Assembly: GCA_964658305.1 (NCBI GenBank)
Contig: OZ210884.1
Location: forward strand, 5,084,001 to 5,148,000
Source: Leptogorgia sarmentosa
Taxonomy: Eukaryota
DNA: 64,000 nucleotides
Reading direction: 5' to 3'
In this document: positions 24,421 to 38,300 of the stretch, piece after piece
Numbering within the stretch: the stretch's first letter is position 1
Layout: each line of letters opens with the position of its first letter
Notes under the pieces: model-generated
Seen by the model: the letters and a program-made list of their open reading frames with translations, nothing else
Told to the model about the DNA's origin: nothing
Database searches by the model: none
Program-made: the position numbers and the translations under genes

Positions 24421-26345
24421 ATTAAGTTGATCATTTAATTGTGCCTCAACAGCGTGCTTCAGTCAGAGTGTACCCGTGATGTAGTACAGGGTGTATATAA
24501 AAATGGCTTCGATGTAACTTATTCAATAGGCAAAGTATATACAATTCAATGGATCTTCTAAGTAATTTTATTTCGATAACTAACGTCTATAACACTAATC
24601 TATACGAATTGATTTCTTAAGAGGGTAATTTTTTCCATGTCGTCTGTTTTCGACGAAATGTGTTCAAAACCCGAAATCTTTTTGGCGTTCCTCTCAAAAT
24701 CAAATTATTCTGTGATTATTGTCTTGACAAAACTATTTGCTATCTTCGAAACTATGTCCGGGTATTGAGAAACTAAAAGGAATATAAAAATATGAATGCA
24801 TGAAGCCTTGATTTCACTGAATAAATGCAAGGTTTCAAATGTAATTTTCTCTTTGGCGTACCCTCCAAAATATTTTTATTTTCGTTTTATATCACTAATT
24901 ATGAATCCAACATGAAGCTTTTTAAGTGAGTCTGCCGACTGAGAAACCTCGAAATTTGAAATTTATATTTCGAAGAATTTGAGTTTTGAGCGCGAGATAC
25001 GTGACATACAGAAAACCTTCGTCTTAAACTATTAAACCAATATTGGGCTTTGCTCGATCGCAATTTGTTCTGACGTTGGAGAAAGAACCGGAGGCCGCTT
25101 GTATCAAAGGCATTTAGAGGTGGATACGTAAAAAACAAAATGAATTGTAGACCACAAGTAAACTAAACCTTTCCGTCTAAACATAGCAACTATGCATAAT
25201 GACTAACACATTTGGTTGACTACTAGTTAAATTTTGGTTCAATTATATGCAAAGCAAATACGAGAAGTTGAAATTTTGCTTATTCACTGTTTGAGCGTTT
25301 GCTTTTGATACAACCGGCTCCAGAAAACAATGGCGGCGGATGCATGGGGTAATGGGGGCGACTGCCCCCACAAAAATTCAAACCAACTTATCAATTGTCT
25401 TTCCATAAGTCTTCCGGCCAAGGTCACTGAGCACGAACGAGTAATCCAATGAGAATCTTAGTTCCCAACGCTTCTGCTCGCCCGCAATTGCAAATTTCTC
25501 AATTATAATGTTTGTTTGTCTCAAAAGAAGGCAAATGATTGAGATAATCTATTTTTCCGATTTGAATGGCTTAAACTGTGATCAATTACGCAAAAATGTC
25601 TTCCTAAAATGTGAAAAGCCACTTTGATTTCCCAAGAGAGAACAATCATGGGCTTTTTTATCAGTTATATACCCGGAGCGAGGGTGATTCGACGAAATAT
25701 TACCCGAAGATCATGATCAAATTTCAACCATGAAATTATTTCAATCGTTTGAGACACCCCGTAGCTATAACTGGCTGGGCGGCATTGTAAAGCTGATGTT
25801 ACACAGAAATGACAGAAATAATTTTTTTTGAATTTTCTTTTTCTCTGTCGTAGCTTAAGCTCGTAATCTTGCGCTTGTGCTTATCTTGGTGTTTTTAGTG
25901 TTTATCGTGATGTTTATCCTCCGCGATCGAATTCTCGCATTATCATTGTATTGTGTGAAAATGTTTTATATTTGTTAACGATAAAATTTTGATGCGCTTC
26001 AAGAAACAAGCGTGCAACAAATAAATGAGGAAGCTTGCCATGCAATCGTGTGATTTTAGCGCAAGTTGGCGAAATTATGGCATGCGAGACTTTTAAAATG
26101 TGTTCTTTGTTAAACGTAAATTCTCCGTGAAATAGCATGCATGGTGCGGTAAAATGAATGAAATAGCATGAATGGTATAGTATAGTTATATAATATGATG
26201 CGGCAATACATACCATGAATGGTATGGTATAGTATAGAGTTAGTATATATATACACATAGTGTTTTTAGTATTTTTTTTTGTATTTAAATTGAAACAATG
26301 TATTTATTTACATCAGCCAGACTTATTTTCATTTTAATTAAATAG

Positions 26346-29300
26346 ATGTCTCGGATGTGGATAAAACTGTTGGTTTTACTGCTGATATTTATATCCGTGC
26401 AAGGACAAGAAGGTAACAGTTCTAGCGCGAGTATCATAAGATTTGTACGAATAATTCCCGTCACCCATCGCATCCATCCCCACCCCTCCCATCCCATCCT
26501 ATCCCTCACCTAGTGTAGATGTACAGGGTGTCCAAAAAGTGTCCCCTCTATTGAAATCAGACATTTTGTTTTGAATGTGCGTTGTGATACCTTAAGGAAT
26601 TCAATTGACTTGTACAAGAATGGCGGACAACCGTCCAGTTATAATTATTCCGCCATTCTCGTGCAAGTCAATTAATTACCGAAAGGTGTCACAAGAAACC
26701 GTCTGATTTCAATAGAAGGGACATTTTTTGATACACCCTGTGTAGCATAGCAGCAGACCGTTTCAAGAAAACGTCGAAAGAAATATGCATGCATGTCTTA
26801 TTGGATATTCACGAATGAATATTCATGAAAGTCCCGTATAGATAGATTGGTTACCTTGGAGGGGAATTTTTTTGAACTCGTGGTCACCTACCAAAAACAC
26901 AAACGATTTCAAGAGAAATTAATAAAGGTGAAGGTCAAAATTGTGAATTGGGCCAAATAATATACTATTTTCTATGTTTATTTTATAGGATCAGGCTCCG
27001 GCTCTGCCTCAGGATCTGGCCCAGGTGCAGATTCTGGCTCTGGATCAGGCTCAGGATCTGGCTCCGGATCTGCTTCTGCATCTGGCTCTGGATCTGGCTC
27101 AGGTGTAGATTCTGGCTCTGGATCAGGTTCAGGTTCTGGATCAGGTTCCGGATCTGGCTCTGGATCTGGCTCAGGTGCAGATTCTGGCTCTGGATCTGGC
27201 TCAGGATCTGGCTCTGGATCTGGCTCCGGATCTGGCTCAGGATCGGGATCTGGATCTGGCTCAGGTGCAGATTCTGGCTCTGGATCTGGCTCAGGATCTG
27301 GCTCTGGATCTGGCTCTGGATCTGGCTCAGGTGCAGATTCTGGATCTGGATCTGGCTCCGGATCTGCCTCTGCATCTGGCTCAGGTGTAGATTCTGGCTC
27401 TGGCTCCGGTTCAGGTTCTGGATCAGGATCAGGTTCTGGATCAGGTTCTGAATCAGGCTCCGGACCTGGCTCTAGATCAGGATCAGGTGCAGCTTCTGGA
27501 TCTGGCTCAGGTTCTGGATCAGAATCTGCATCAGGATCGGGATCAGGTTCAAGATCAGGATCAGGATCTGGATCAGGATCAGGATCAGGATCAGGATCTG
27601 GTTCTGGATCAGGATCTGGTTCTGGCTCAGGTTCAGGATCAGGTGCAGCTTCTGGATCCGGCTCTGGATCAGGTTCTGGCTCAGGTACTGGTTCAGATTC
27701 CGGATCTGGCTCTGGATCAGGATCAGGTACTGCTTCTGGCTCAGGTTCTGGATCAGGTTCCGGATCTGGATCAGGATCAGGATCAGGTGCAGCTTCTGGC
27801 TCAGGTTCTGGATCAGGATCTGCATCAGGATCTGCATCAGGATCGGGATCAGGATCAGGATCAGTATCAGTATCAGGATCAGGATCAGGATCAGGATCAG
27901 GATCAGGTTCTGGATCAGGATCAGGATCAGGATCTGGTTCTGGATCAGGTTCTGGATCAGGATCAGGTGCAGCTTCTGGATCCGGCTCTGGATCAGGTTC
28001 AGGTTCTGGCTCAGGTTCTGGCTCAGGTACTGGTTCAGATTCCGGATCTGGCTCTGGATCAGGATCAGGTGTTGCTACTGGCACAGGTTCTGGATCTGGA
28101 TCAGGTTCTGGATCAGAATCTGCATCAGGATCGGGATCAGGTTCAAGATCAGGATCAGGATCAGGATCAGGATCAGGATCAGGATCTGGTTCTGGATCAG
28201 GATCTGGTTCTGGCTCAGGTTCAGGATCAGGTGCAGCTTCTGGATCCGGCTCTGGATCAGGTTCTGGCTCAGGTACTGGTTCAGATTCCGGATCTGGCCC
28301 TGGATCAGGATCAGGTACTGCTTCTGGCTCAGGTTCTGGATCAGGTTCCGGATCTGGATCAGGATCAGGATCAGGTGCAGCTTCTGGCTCAGGTTCTGGA
28401 TCAGGATCTGCATCAGGATCGGGATCAGGATCAGGATCAGTATCAGGATCAGGATCAGGATCAGGATCAGGATCAGGTTCTGGATCAGGGTCAGGATCAG
28501 GATCTGGTCCTGGATCAGGTTCTGGATCAGGATCAGGTGCAGCTTCTGGATCCGGTTCTGGATCAGGATCAGGATCAGGTTCTGGCTCAGGTTCTGGCTC
28601 AGGTTCTGGCTCAGGTACTGGTTCAGATTCCGGATCTGGCTCTGGATCAGGATCAGGTGTTGCTTCTGGCACAGGTTCTGGATCTGGATTAGGTTCCGGA
28701 TCTGGATCAGGATCAGGTGCAGCTTCTGGTTCTGGCTCAGGTTCTGGATCTGGCTCACGTTCTGACTCAGGTTCTGGCTCAGGTTCAGGATCAGGATCAG
28801 GATCAGGATCTACATCAGGATCGGGATCAGGATCAATATCAGGATCAGGATCGGGATCAGGTTCGGGATCAGGATCTGAATCCAGTTCAGGATCTGCATC
28901 AGGATCAGGATCTGCATTAGGATCAGGATCTGCATCAGGATCAGGATCTGCATCAGGATCAGGATCTGAATTGGGATCAGGATCGGGATCAGGATCGGGA
29001 ACGGGAACACAATCGGGATCAGGATCGGGAACAGTATCGGGTTCAGGATCAGGATCTGCATCAGGATCGGGATCAGGATCAGGATCAATATCAATATCAG
29101 GATCAGGATCAGGTTCGGGATCCGGATCGGGATCTGTTTCGGGATCAGGGTCGGCCTCAGGATCAGGATCGGAATCAGGATCGGGATCAGCATCAGCATC
29201 AGGATCAGGATCTGCATCAGGATCAGGATCTGCATCTGGATCAGGACCTGAATCAGGATCAGGATCTGAGTCAGGATCAAGTTCAGGATTGGGATCAGGA

Positions 29301-32300
29301 TCAGGATCGGGATCAGGATCGGGATCAGGATCAGGATCGGGAACACAATCGGGATCAGGATCGGGAACAGAATCGGGTTCAGGATCAGGATCTTCATCAG
29401 GATCAGGATCGGCATCAGGATCAGGATCGGAATCAGGATCGGGATCAGCATCAGGATCAGGATCAGAATCAGGATCTGAATCAGGATCAGGAACTGCATC
29501 AGGATTAGGATCTGCATCAGGATCAGGTTCAGAATTTGGACCAGGATCGGGATCAGTATCAGGTTCGGGATCAGGATCTGCATCAGGTTCAGGATCGGGA
29601 TCTGCATCAGGATCAGGTTCAGGATTGGGATCAGGATCGGGATCGGGATCAGGATCGGGATCAGCATCAGGTTCGGGATCAGGATCTGCATCTGCATCAG
29701 GATCTGGTTCAGAATTGGGATCAGGATCGGGATCGGGATCAGGATCAGGAACAGGTGAAGTATTTCTTGCAGGTATTATTTCTTTCCTGCAGAAAAAAGT
29801 TATTTTACCAGGTACAGCTACCTACCAAAGATAAACTTGCGAATGTTGTTAATATTTTCTAGACATTGATGAATGTTCAACAGGAAGCGCAAATTGTGGT
29901 GAGAACGCTTCATGTGAAAATACTGAAGGTTCGTTTGTGTGCACTTGTAAAGCTGGTTTTACAGGAAATGGCACCTACTGTGAAGGTAAATGTAACATTT
30001 TCAACAATAGTAATAAAGGAATTTGGTAAATAAAATGGATCCAGGGAGAATTAGTGGAAATTTTGGTAACAGTTATTTGTATTTTAAATTAAACAGGTAT
30101 ATATGTTTGATTTTCTGCTTTCATCAAATACTGCAGTAAATAATTGATATACAAAACACAATTTTGCGCATTTTATTAATATTTTGTAGACATTGATGAA
30201 TGTTCAACAGCAAGCGCAAATTGTGATGGGAACGCTTCATGTGAAAATACTGAAGGATCGTTTGTGTGTACTTGTAAAGCTGGTTTCACAGGAAATGCCA
30301 CCTACTGTGAAGGTAAATGCAAAATTTTCAACAATAGTAATAAAGGAATTTGGTAAATAAAATGGATCCAGGGAGAATTAGTGGAAAGTTTAGATAACAG
30401 TTATTTGTATTTTAAATTAAACAGGTATATTTGTTTGATTTTCTGCTTTCATCAAATACTGCAGTAAATAATTGATATACAAAACACAATTTTGCGCATT
30501 TTATTAAAATTTTCTAGACATTGATGAATGTTCAACAGGAAGCGCGAATTGTGATGAGAACGCTTCATGTGAAAATACTGAAGAATTGTTTGTGTGCACT
30601 TGTAAAGCTGGTTTCACAGGAAATGGCACCTACTGTGAAGGTAAATGTAACATTTTCAGCAATAGTAATAAAGGAATTTGGTAAATAAAATGGATCCAGG
30701 GAGAATTAGTGGAAAGTTTAGATAACAGTTATTTGTATTTTAAATTAAACAGGTATATTTGTTTGATTTTCTGCTTTCATCAAATACTGCAGTAAATAAT
30801 TGATATACAAAACACAATTTTGCGCATTTTATTAAAATTTTCTAGACATTGATGAATGTTCAACAGGAAGCGCAAATTGTGATGGGAACGCTTCATGTGA
30901 AAATACTGAAGGATCGTTTGTGTGCACTTGTAAAGCTGGTTTCACAGCAAATGCCACCTACTGTGAAGGTAATTATAAATGCCAAATGTATTAACCATTA
31001 GTAAAAAAAAATTGCAAAATAAGATAAATCTTGGTAAAATTGGCGCAATTTTAGATAATAGTTATTTGCATTTTGCATCAAACAGTTGTATGATTATTTT
31101 CCTGTTTTCTTAAAAAACTGCGGCAAATAACTAATGTACATTGTGCAAAACATAACCTTGGGCATTTTATTAATATTTTGCAGACATTGATGAATGTTCA
31201 ATAGGAAGCGCAAATTGTGATGAGAACGCTTCATGTGAAAATACTGAAGGATCGTTTGTGTGTACTTGTAAAGCTGGTTTCACAGGAAATGCCACCTACT
31301 GTGAAGGTAAATGCAAAATTTTCAACAATAGTAATAAAGGAATTTGGTAAATAAAATGGATCCAGGGAGAATTAGTGGAAAGTTTAGATAACAGTTATTT
31401 GTATTTTAAATTAAACAGGTATATTTGTTTGATTTTCTGCTTTCATCAAATACTGCAGTAAATAATTGATATACAAAACACAATTTTGCGCATTTTATTA
31501 ATATTTTGTAGACATTGATGAATGTTCAACAGGAAGCGCAAATTGTGATGGGAACGCTTCATGTGAAAATACTGAAGGATCGTTTGTGTGCACTTGTAAA
31601 GCTGGTTTCACAGGAAATGGCACCTACTGTGAAGGTAAATGTAACATTTTCAACAATAGTAATAAAGGAATTTGGTAAATAAAATGGATCCAGGGAGAAT
31701 TAGTGGAAAGTTTAGATAACAGTCATTTGTATTTTAAATTAAACAGGTATATTTGTTTGATTTTCTGCTTTCATCAAATACTGCAGTAAATAATTGATAT
31801 ATATATATACAAAACACAATTTTACGCATTTTATTAATATTTTGTAGACATTGATGAATGTTCAACAGGAAGCGCAAATTGTGATGGGAACGCTTCATGT
31901 GAAAATACTGAAGGATCGTTTGTGTGCACTTGTAAAGCTGGTTTCACAGGAAATGCCACCTACTGTGAAGGTAAATGTAACATTTTCAACAATAGTAATA
32001 AAGGAATTTGGTAAATAAAATGGATCCAGGGAGAATTAGTGGAAAGTTTAGATAACAGTCATTTGTATTTTAAATTAAACAGGTATATTTGTTTGATTTT
32101 CTGCTTTCATCAAATACTGCAGTAAATAATTGATATATATATATACAAAACACAATTTTACGCATTTTATTAATATTTTGTAGACATTGATGAATGTTCA
32201 ACAGGAAGCGCAAATTGTGATGGGAACGCTTCATGTGAAAATACTGAAGGATCGTTTGTGTGCACTTGTAAAGCTGGTTTCACAGGAAATGGCACCTACT

Positions 32301-35300
32301 GTGAAGGTAAATGCAAAATTTTCAACAATAGTAATAAAGGAATTTGGTAAATAAAATGGATCCAGGGAGAATTAGTGGAAATTTAGATAACAGTTTTTTT
32401 TGTATTTTAAATTAAACAGGTATATATGTTTGATTTTCTGCTTTAATCAAATACTGCAGTAAATAATTGATATACAAAACACAATTTTGCGCATTTTATT
32501 AAAATTTTCTAGACATTGATGAATGTTCAACAGGAAGCGCAAATTGTGATGGGAACGCTTCATGTGAAAATACTGAAGGATCGTTTGTGTGCACTTGTAA
32601 AGCTGGTTTCACAGGAAATGGCACCTACTGTGAAGGTAATTATAAATGCCAAATGTATTAACCATTAGTAAAAAAAAATTGCAAAATAAGATAAATCTTG
32701 GTAAAATTGGCGCAATTTTAGATAATAGTTATTTGCATTTTGCATCAAACAGTTGTATGATTATTTTCCTGTTTTCTTAAAAAACTGCGGCAAATAACTA
32801 ATGTACATTGTGCAAAACATAACCTTGGGCATTTTATTAATATTTTGCAGACTTTGATGAATGTTCAACAGGAAGCGCAAATTGTGGTGAGAACGCTTCA
32901 TGTGAAAATACTGAAGGTTCGTTTGTGTGCACTTGTAAAGCTGGTTTTACAGGAAATGGCACCTACTGTGAAGGTAAATGTAACATTTTCAACAATAGTA
33001 ATAAAGGAATTTGGTAAATAAAATGGATCCAGGGAGAATTAGTGGAAATTTTGGTAACAGTTATTTGTATTTTAAATTAAACAGGTATATATGTTTGATT
33101 TTCTGCTTTCATCAAATACTGCAGTAAATAATTGATATACAAAACACAATTTTGCGCATTTTATTAATATTTTGTAGACATTGATGAATGTTCAACAGCA
33201 AGCGCAAATTGTGATGGGAACGCTTCATGTGAAAATACTGAAGGATCGTTTGTGTGTACTTGTAAAGCTGGTTTCACAGGAAATGCCACCTACTGTGAAG
33301 GTAAATGCAAAATTTTCAACAATAGTAATAAAGGAATTTGGTAAATAAAATGGATCCAGGGAGAATTAGTGGAAAGTTTAGATAACAGTTATTTGTATTT
33401 TAAATTAAACAGGTATATTTGTTTGATTTTCTGCTTTCATCAAATACTGCAGTAAATAATTGATATACAAAACACAATTTTGCGCATTTTATTAAAATTT
33501 TCTAGACATTGATGAATGTTCAACAGGAAGCGCGAATTGTGATGAGAACGCTTCATGTGAAAATACTGAAGAATTGTTTGTGTGCACTTGTAAAGCTGGT
33601 TTCACAGGAAATGGCACCTACTGTGAAGGTAAATGTAACATTTTCAGCAATAGTAATAAAGGAATTTGGTAAATAAAATGGATCCAGGGAGAATTAGTGG
33701 AAAGTTTAGATAACAGTTATTTGTATTTTAAATTAAACAGGTATATTTGTTTGATTTTCTGCTTTCATCAAATACTGCAGTAAATAATTGATATACAAAA
33801 CACAATTTTGCGCATTTTATTAAAATTTTCTAGACATTGATGAATGTTCAACAGGAAGCGCAAATTGTGATGGGAACGCTTCATGTGAAAATACTGAAGG
33901 ATCGTTTGTGTGCACTTGTAAAGCTGGTTTCACAGCAAATGCCACCTACTGTGAAGGTAATTATAAATGCCAAATGTATTAACCATTAGTAAAAAAAAAT
34001 TGCAAAATAAGATAAATCTTGGTAAAATTGGCGCAATTTTAGATAATAGTTATTTGCATTTTGCATCAAACAGTTGTATGATTATTTTCCTGTTTTCTTA
34101 AAAAACTGCGGCAAATAACTAATGTACATTGTGCAAAACATAACCTTGGGCATTTTATTAATATTTTGCAGACATTGATGAATGTTCAATAGGAAGCGCA
34201 AATTGTGATGAGAACGCTTCATGTGAAAATACTGAAGGATCGTTTGTGTGTACTTGTAAAGCTGGTTTCACAGGAAATGCCACCTACTGTGAAGGTAAAT
34301 GCAAAATTTTCAACAATAGTAATAAAGGAATTTGGTAAATAAAATGGATCCAGGGAGAATTAGTGGAAAGTTTAGATAACAGTTATTTGTATTTTAAATT
34401 AAACAGGTATATTTGTTTGATTTTCTGCTTTCATCAAATACTGCAGTAAATAATTGATATACAAAACACAATTTTGCGCATTTTATTAATATTTTGTAGA
34501 CATTGATGAATGTTCAACAGGAAGCGCAAATTGTGATGGGAACGCTTCATGTGAAAATACTGAAGGATCGTTTGTGTGCACTTGTAAAGCTGGTTTCACA
34601 GGAAATGGCACCTACTGTGAAGGTAAATGTAACATTTTCAACAATAGTAATAAAGGAATTTGGTAAATAAAATGGATCCAGGGAGAATTAGTGGAAAGTT
34701 TAGATAACAGTCATTTGTATTTTAAATTAAACAGGTATATTTGTTTGATTTTCTGCTTTCATCAAATACTGCAGTAAATAATTGATATATATATATACAA
34801 AACACAATTTTACGCATTTTATTAATATTTTGTAGACATTGATGAATGTTCAACAGGAAGCGCAAATTGTGATGGGAACGCTTCATGTGAAAATACTGAA
34901 GGATCGTTTGTGTGCACTTGTAAAGCTGGTTTCACAGGAAATGCCACCTACTGTGAAGGTAAATGTAACATTTTCAACAATAGTAATAAAGGAATTTGGT
35001 AAATAAAATGGATCCAGGGAGAATTAGTGGAAAGTTTAGATAACAGTCATTTGTATTTTAAATTAAACAGGTATATTTGTTTGATTTTCTGCTTTCATCA
35101 AATACTGCAGTAAATAATTGATATATATATATACAAAACACAATTTTACGCATTTTATTAATATTTTGTAGACATTGATGAATGTTCAACAGGAAGCGCA
35201 AATTGTGATGGGAACGCTTCATGTGAAAATACTGAAGGATCGTTTGTGTGCACTTGTAAAGCTGGTTTCACAGGAAATGGCACCTACTGTGAAGGTAAAT

Positions 35301-38300
35301 GCAAAATTTTCAACAATAGTAATAAAGGAATTTGGTAAATAAAATGGATCCAGGGAGAATTAGTGGAAATTTAGATAACAGTTTTTTTTGTATTTTAAAT
35401 TAAACAGGTATATATGTTTGATTTTCTGCTTTAATCAAATACTGCAGTAAATAATTGATATACAAAACACAATTTTGCGCATTTTATTAAAATTTTCTAG
35501 ACATTGATGAATGTTCAACAGGAAGCGCAAATTGTGATGGGAACGCTTCATGTGAAAATACTGAAGGATCGTTTGTGTGCACTTGTAAAGCTGGTTTCAC
35601 AGGAAATGGCACCTACTGTGAAGGTAATTATAAATGCCAAATGTATTAACCATTAGTAAAAAAAAATTGCAAAATAAGATAAATCTTGGTAAAATTGGCG
35701 CAATTTTAGATAATAGTTATTTGCATTTTGCATCAAACAGTTGTATGATTATTTTCCTGTTTTCTTAAAAAACTGCGGCAAATAACTAATGTACATTGTG
35801 CAAAACATAACCTTGGGCATTTTATTAATATTTTGCAGACTTTGATGAATGTTCAATAGGAAGCGCAAATTGTGATGAGAACGCTTCATGTGAAAATACT
35901 GAAGGATCGTTTGTGTGTACTTGTAAAGCTGGTTTCACAGGAAATGCCACCTACTGTGAAGGTAAATGCAAAATTTTCAACAATAGTAATAAAGGAATTT
36001 GGTAAATAAAATGGATCCAGGGAGAATTAGTGGAAAGTTTAGATAACAGTTATTTGTATTTTAAATTAAACAGGTATATTTGTTTGATTTTCTGCTTTCA
36101 TCAAATACTGCAGTAAATAATTGATATACAAAACACAATTTTGCGCATTTTATTAATATTTTGTAGACATTGATGAATGTTCAACAGGAAGCGCAAATTG
36201 TGATGGGAACGCTTCATGTGAAAATACTGAAGGATCGTTTGTGTGCACTTGTAAAGCTGGTTTCACAGGAAATGCCACCTACTGTGAAGGTAATTATAAA
36301 TGCCAAATGTATTAACCATTAGTAAAAAAAAATTGCAAAATAAGATAAATCTTGGTAAAATTGGCGCAATTTTAGATAATAGTTATTTGCATTTTGCATC
36401 AAACAGTTGTATGATTATTTTCCTGTTTTCTTAAAAAACTGCGGCAAATAACTAATGTACATTGTGCAAAACATAACCTTGGGCATTTTATTAATATTTT
36501 GCAGACATTGATGAATGTTCAATAGGAAGCGCAAATTGTGATGAGAACGCTTCATGTGAAAATACTGAAGGATCGTTTGTGTGTACTTGTAAAGCTGGTT
36601 TCACAGGAAATGCCACCTACTGTGAAGGTAAATGCAAAATTTTCAACAATAGTAATAAAGGAATTTGGTAAATAAAATGGATCCAGGGAGAATTAGTGGA
36701 AATTTAGATAACAGTCATTTGTATTTTAAATTAAACAGGTATATATGTTTGATTTTCTGCTTTCATCAAATACTGCAGTAAATAATTGATATACAAAACA
36801 CAATTTTGCGCATTTTATTAATATTTTGTAGACATTGATGAATGTTCAACAGGAAGCGCAAATTGTGATGGGAACGCTTCATGTGAAAATACTGAAGGAT
36901 CGTTTGTGTGTACTTGTAAAGCTGGTTTCACAGGAAATGCCACCTACTGTGAAGGTAAATGCAAAATTTTCAACAATAGTAATAAAGGAATTTGGTAAAT
37001 AAAATGGATCCAGGGAGAATTAGTGGAAAGTTTAGATAACAGTTATTTGTATTTTAAATTAAACAGGTATATATGTTTGATTTTTTGCTTTCATCAAATA
37101 CTGCAGTAAATAATTGATGTACAAAACACAATTTTGCGCATTTTATTAATATTTTGTAGACATTGATGAATGTTCAACAGGAAGCGCAAATTGTGACGAG
37201 AACGCTTCATGTGAAAATACTGAAGGATCGTTTGTGTGCACTTGTAAAGCTGGTTTCACAGGAAATGGCACCTACTGTGAAGGTAATTATAAATGCCAAA
37301 TGTATTAACCATTAGGAAAAAAAAATTTGCAAAATAAGATAAATCTTGGTAAAACTGGCGCAATTTTAGATAATAGTTTTTTGCATTTTGCATCAAACAG
37401 TTGTATGATTATTTTCCTGTTTTCTTAAAAAACTGCAGTGAATAACTGATGTACAATACATAACCTTGCGTATTTTATTGATATTTTGTAGACATTGATG
37501 AATGTTCAACAGGAAGCGCAAATTGTGATGGGAACGCTTCATGTGAGAATACTGAAGGATCGTTTCTTTGCACTTGTAAAGCTGGTTTCACAGGAAATGC
37601 CACCTACTGTGAAGGTAAATGTAACATTTTCAACAATAGTAATAAAGGAATTTGGTAAATAAAATGGATCCAGAGAGAATTAGTGGAAATTTAGATAACA
37701 GTCATTTGTATTTTAAATTAAACAGGTATATATGTTTGATTTTCTGCTTTCATCAAATACTGCAGTAAATAATTGATATATATATATGCAAAACACAATT
37801 TTACGCATTTTATTAATATTTTGCAGACATCGATGAATGTTCAACAGCAAGCGCAAATTGTGATGGGAACGCTTCATGTGAAAATACTGAAGGATCGTTT
37901 CTTTGCACTTGTAAAGCTGGTTTCACAGGAAATGGCACCTACTGTGAAGGTAAATGTAACATTTTCAACAATAGTAATAAAGGAATTTGGTAAATAAAAT
38001 GGATCCAGAGAGAATTAGTGGAAATTTAGATAACAGTCATTTGTATTTTAAATTAAACAGGTATATATGTTTGATTTTCTGCTTTCATCAAATACTGCAG
38101 TAAATAATTGATGTACAAAACACAATTTTGCGCATTTTATTAATATTTTGTAGACATTGATGAATGTTCAACAGGAAGCGCAATAGATAATAGTTATTTG
38201 CATTTTGCATCAAACAGTTGTATGATTATTTTCCTGTTTTCTCAAAAAACTGCAGTAAATAACTGATGTACAATACATAACCTTGGGGATTTTATTAATA

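Noticed and set aside
26978..28672. 564-aa Pro-Asp/Pro-Glu ORF on the minus strand, plus Ile/Leu, Gln-Asp and Trp/Arg-rich ORFs over the same repeat (also 53.6-59.2 kb)
   Set aside because: Shadow frames of the GGATCA repeat. Only the plus-strand Gly-Ser frame is bounded by splice sites in phase with the signal-peptide and EGF exons.
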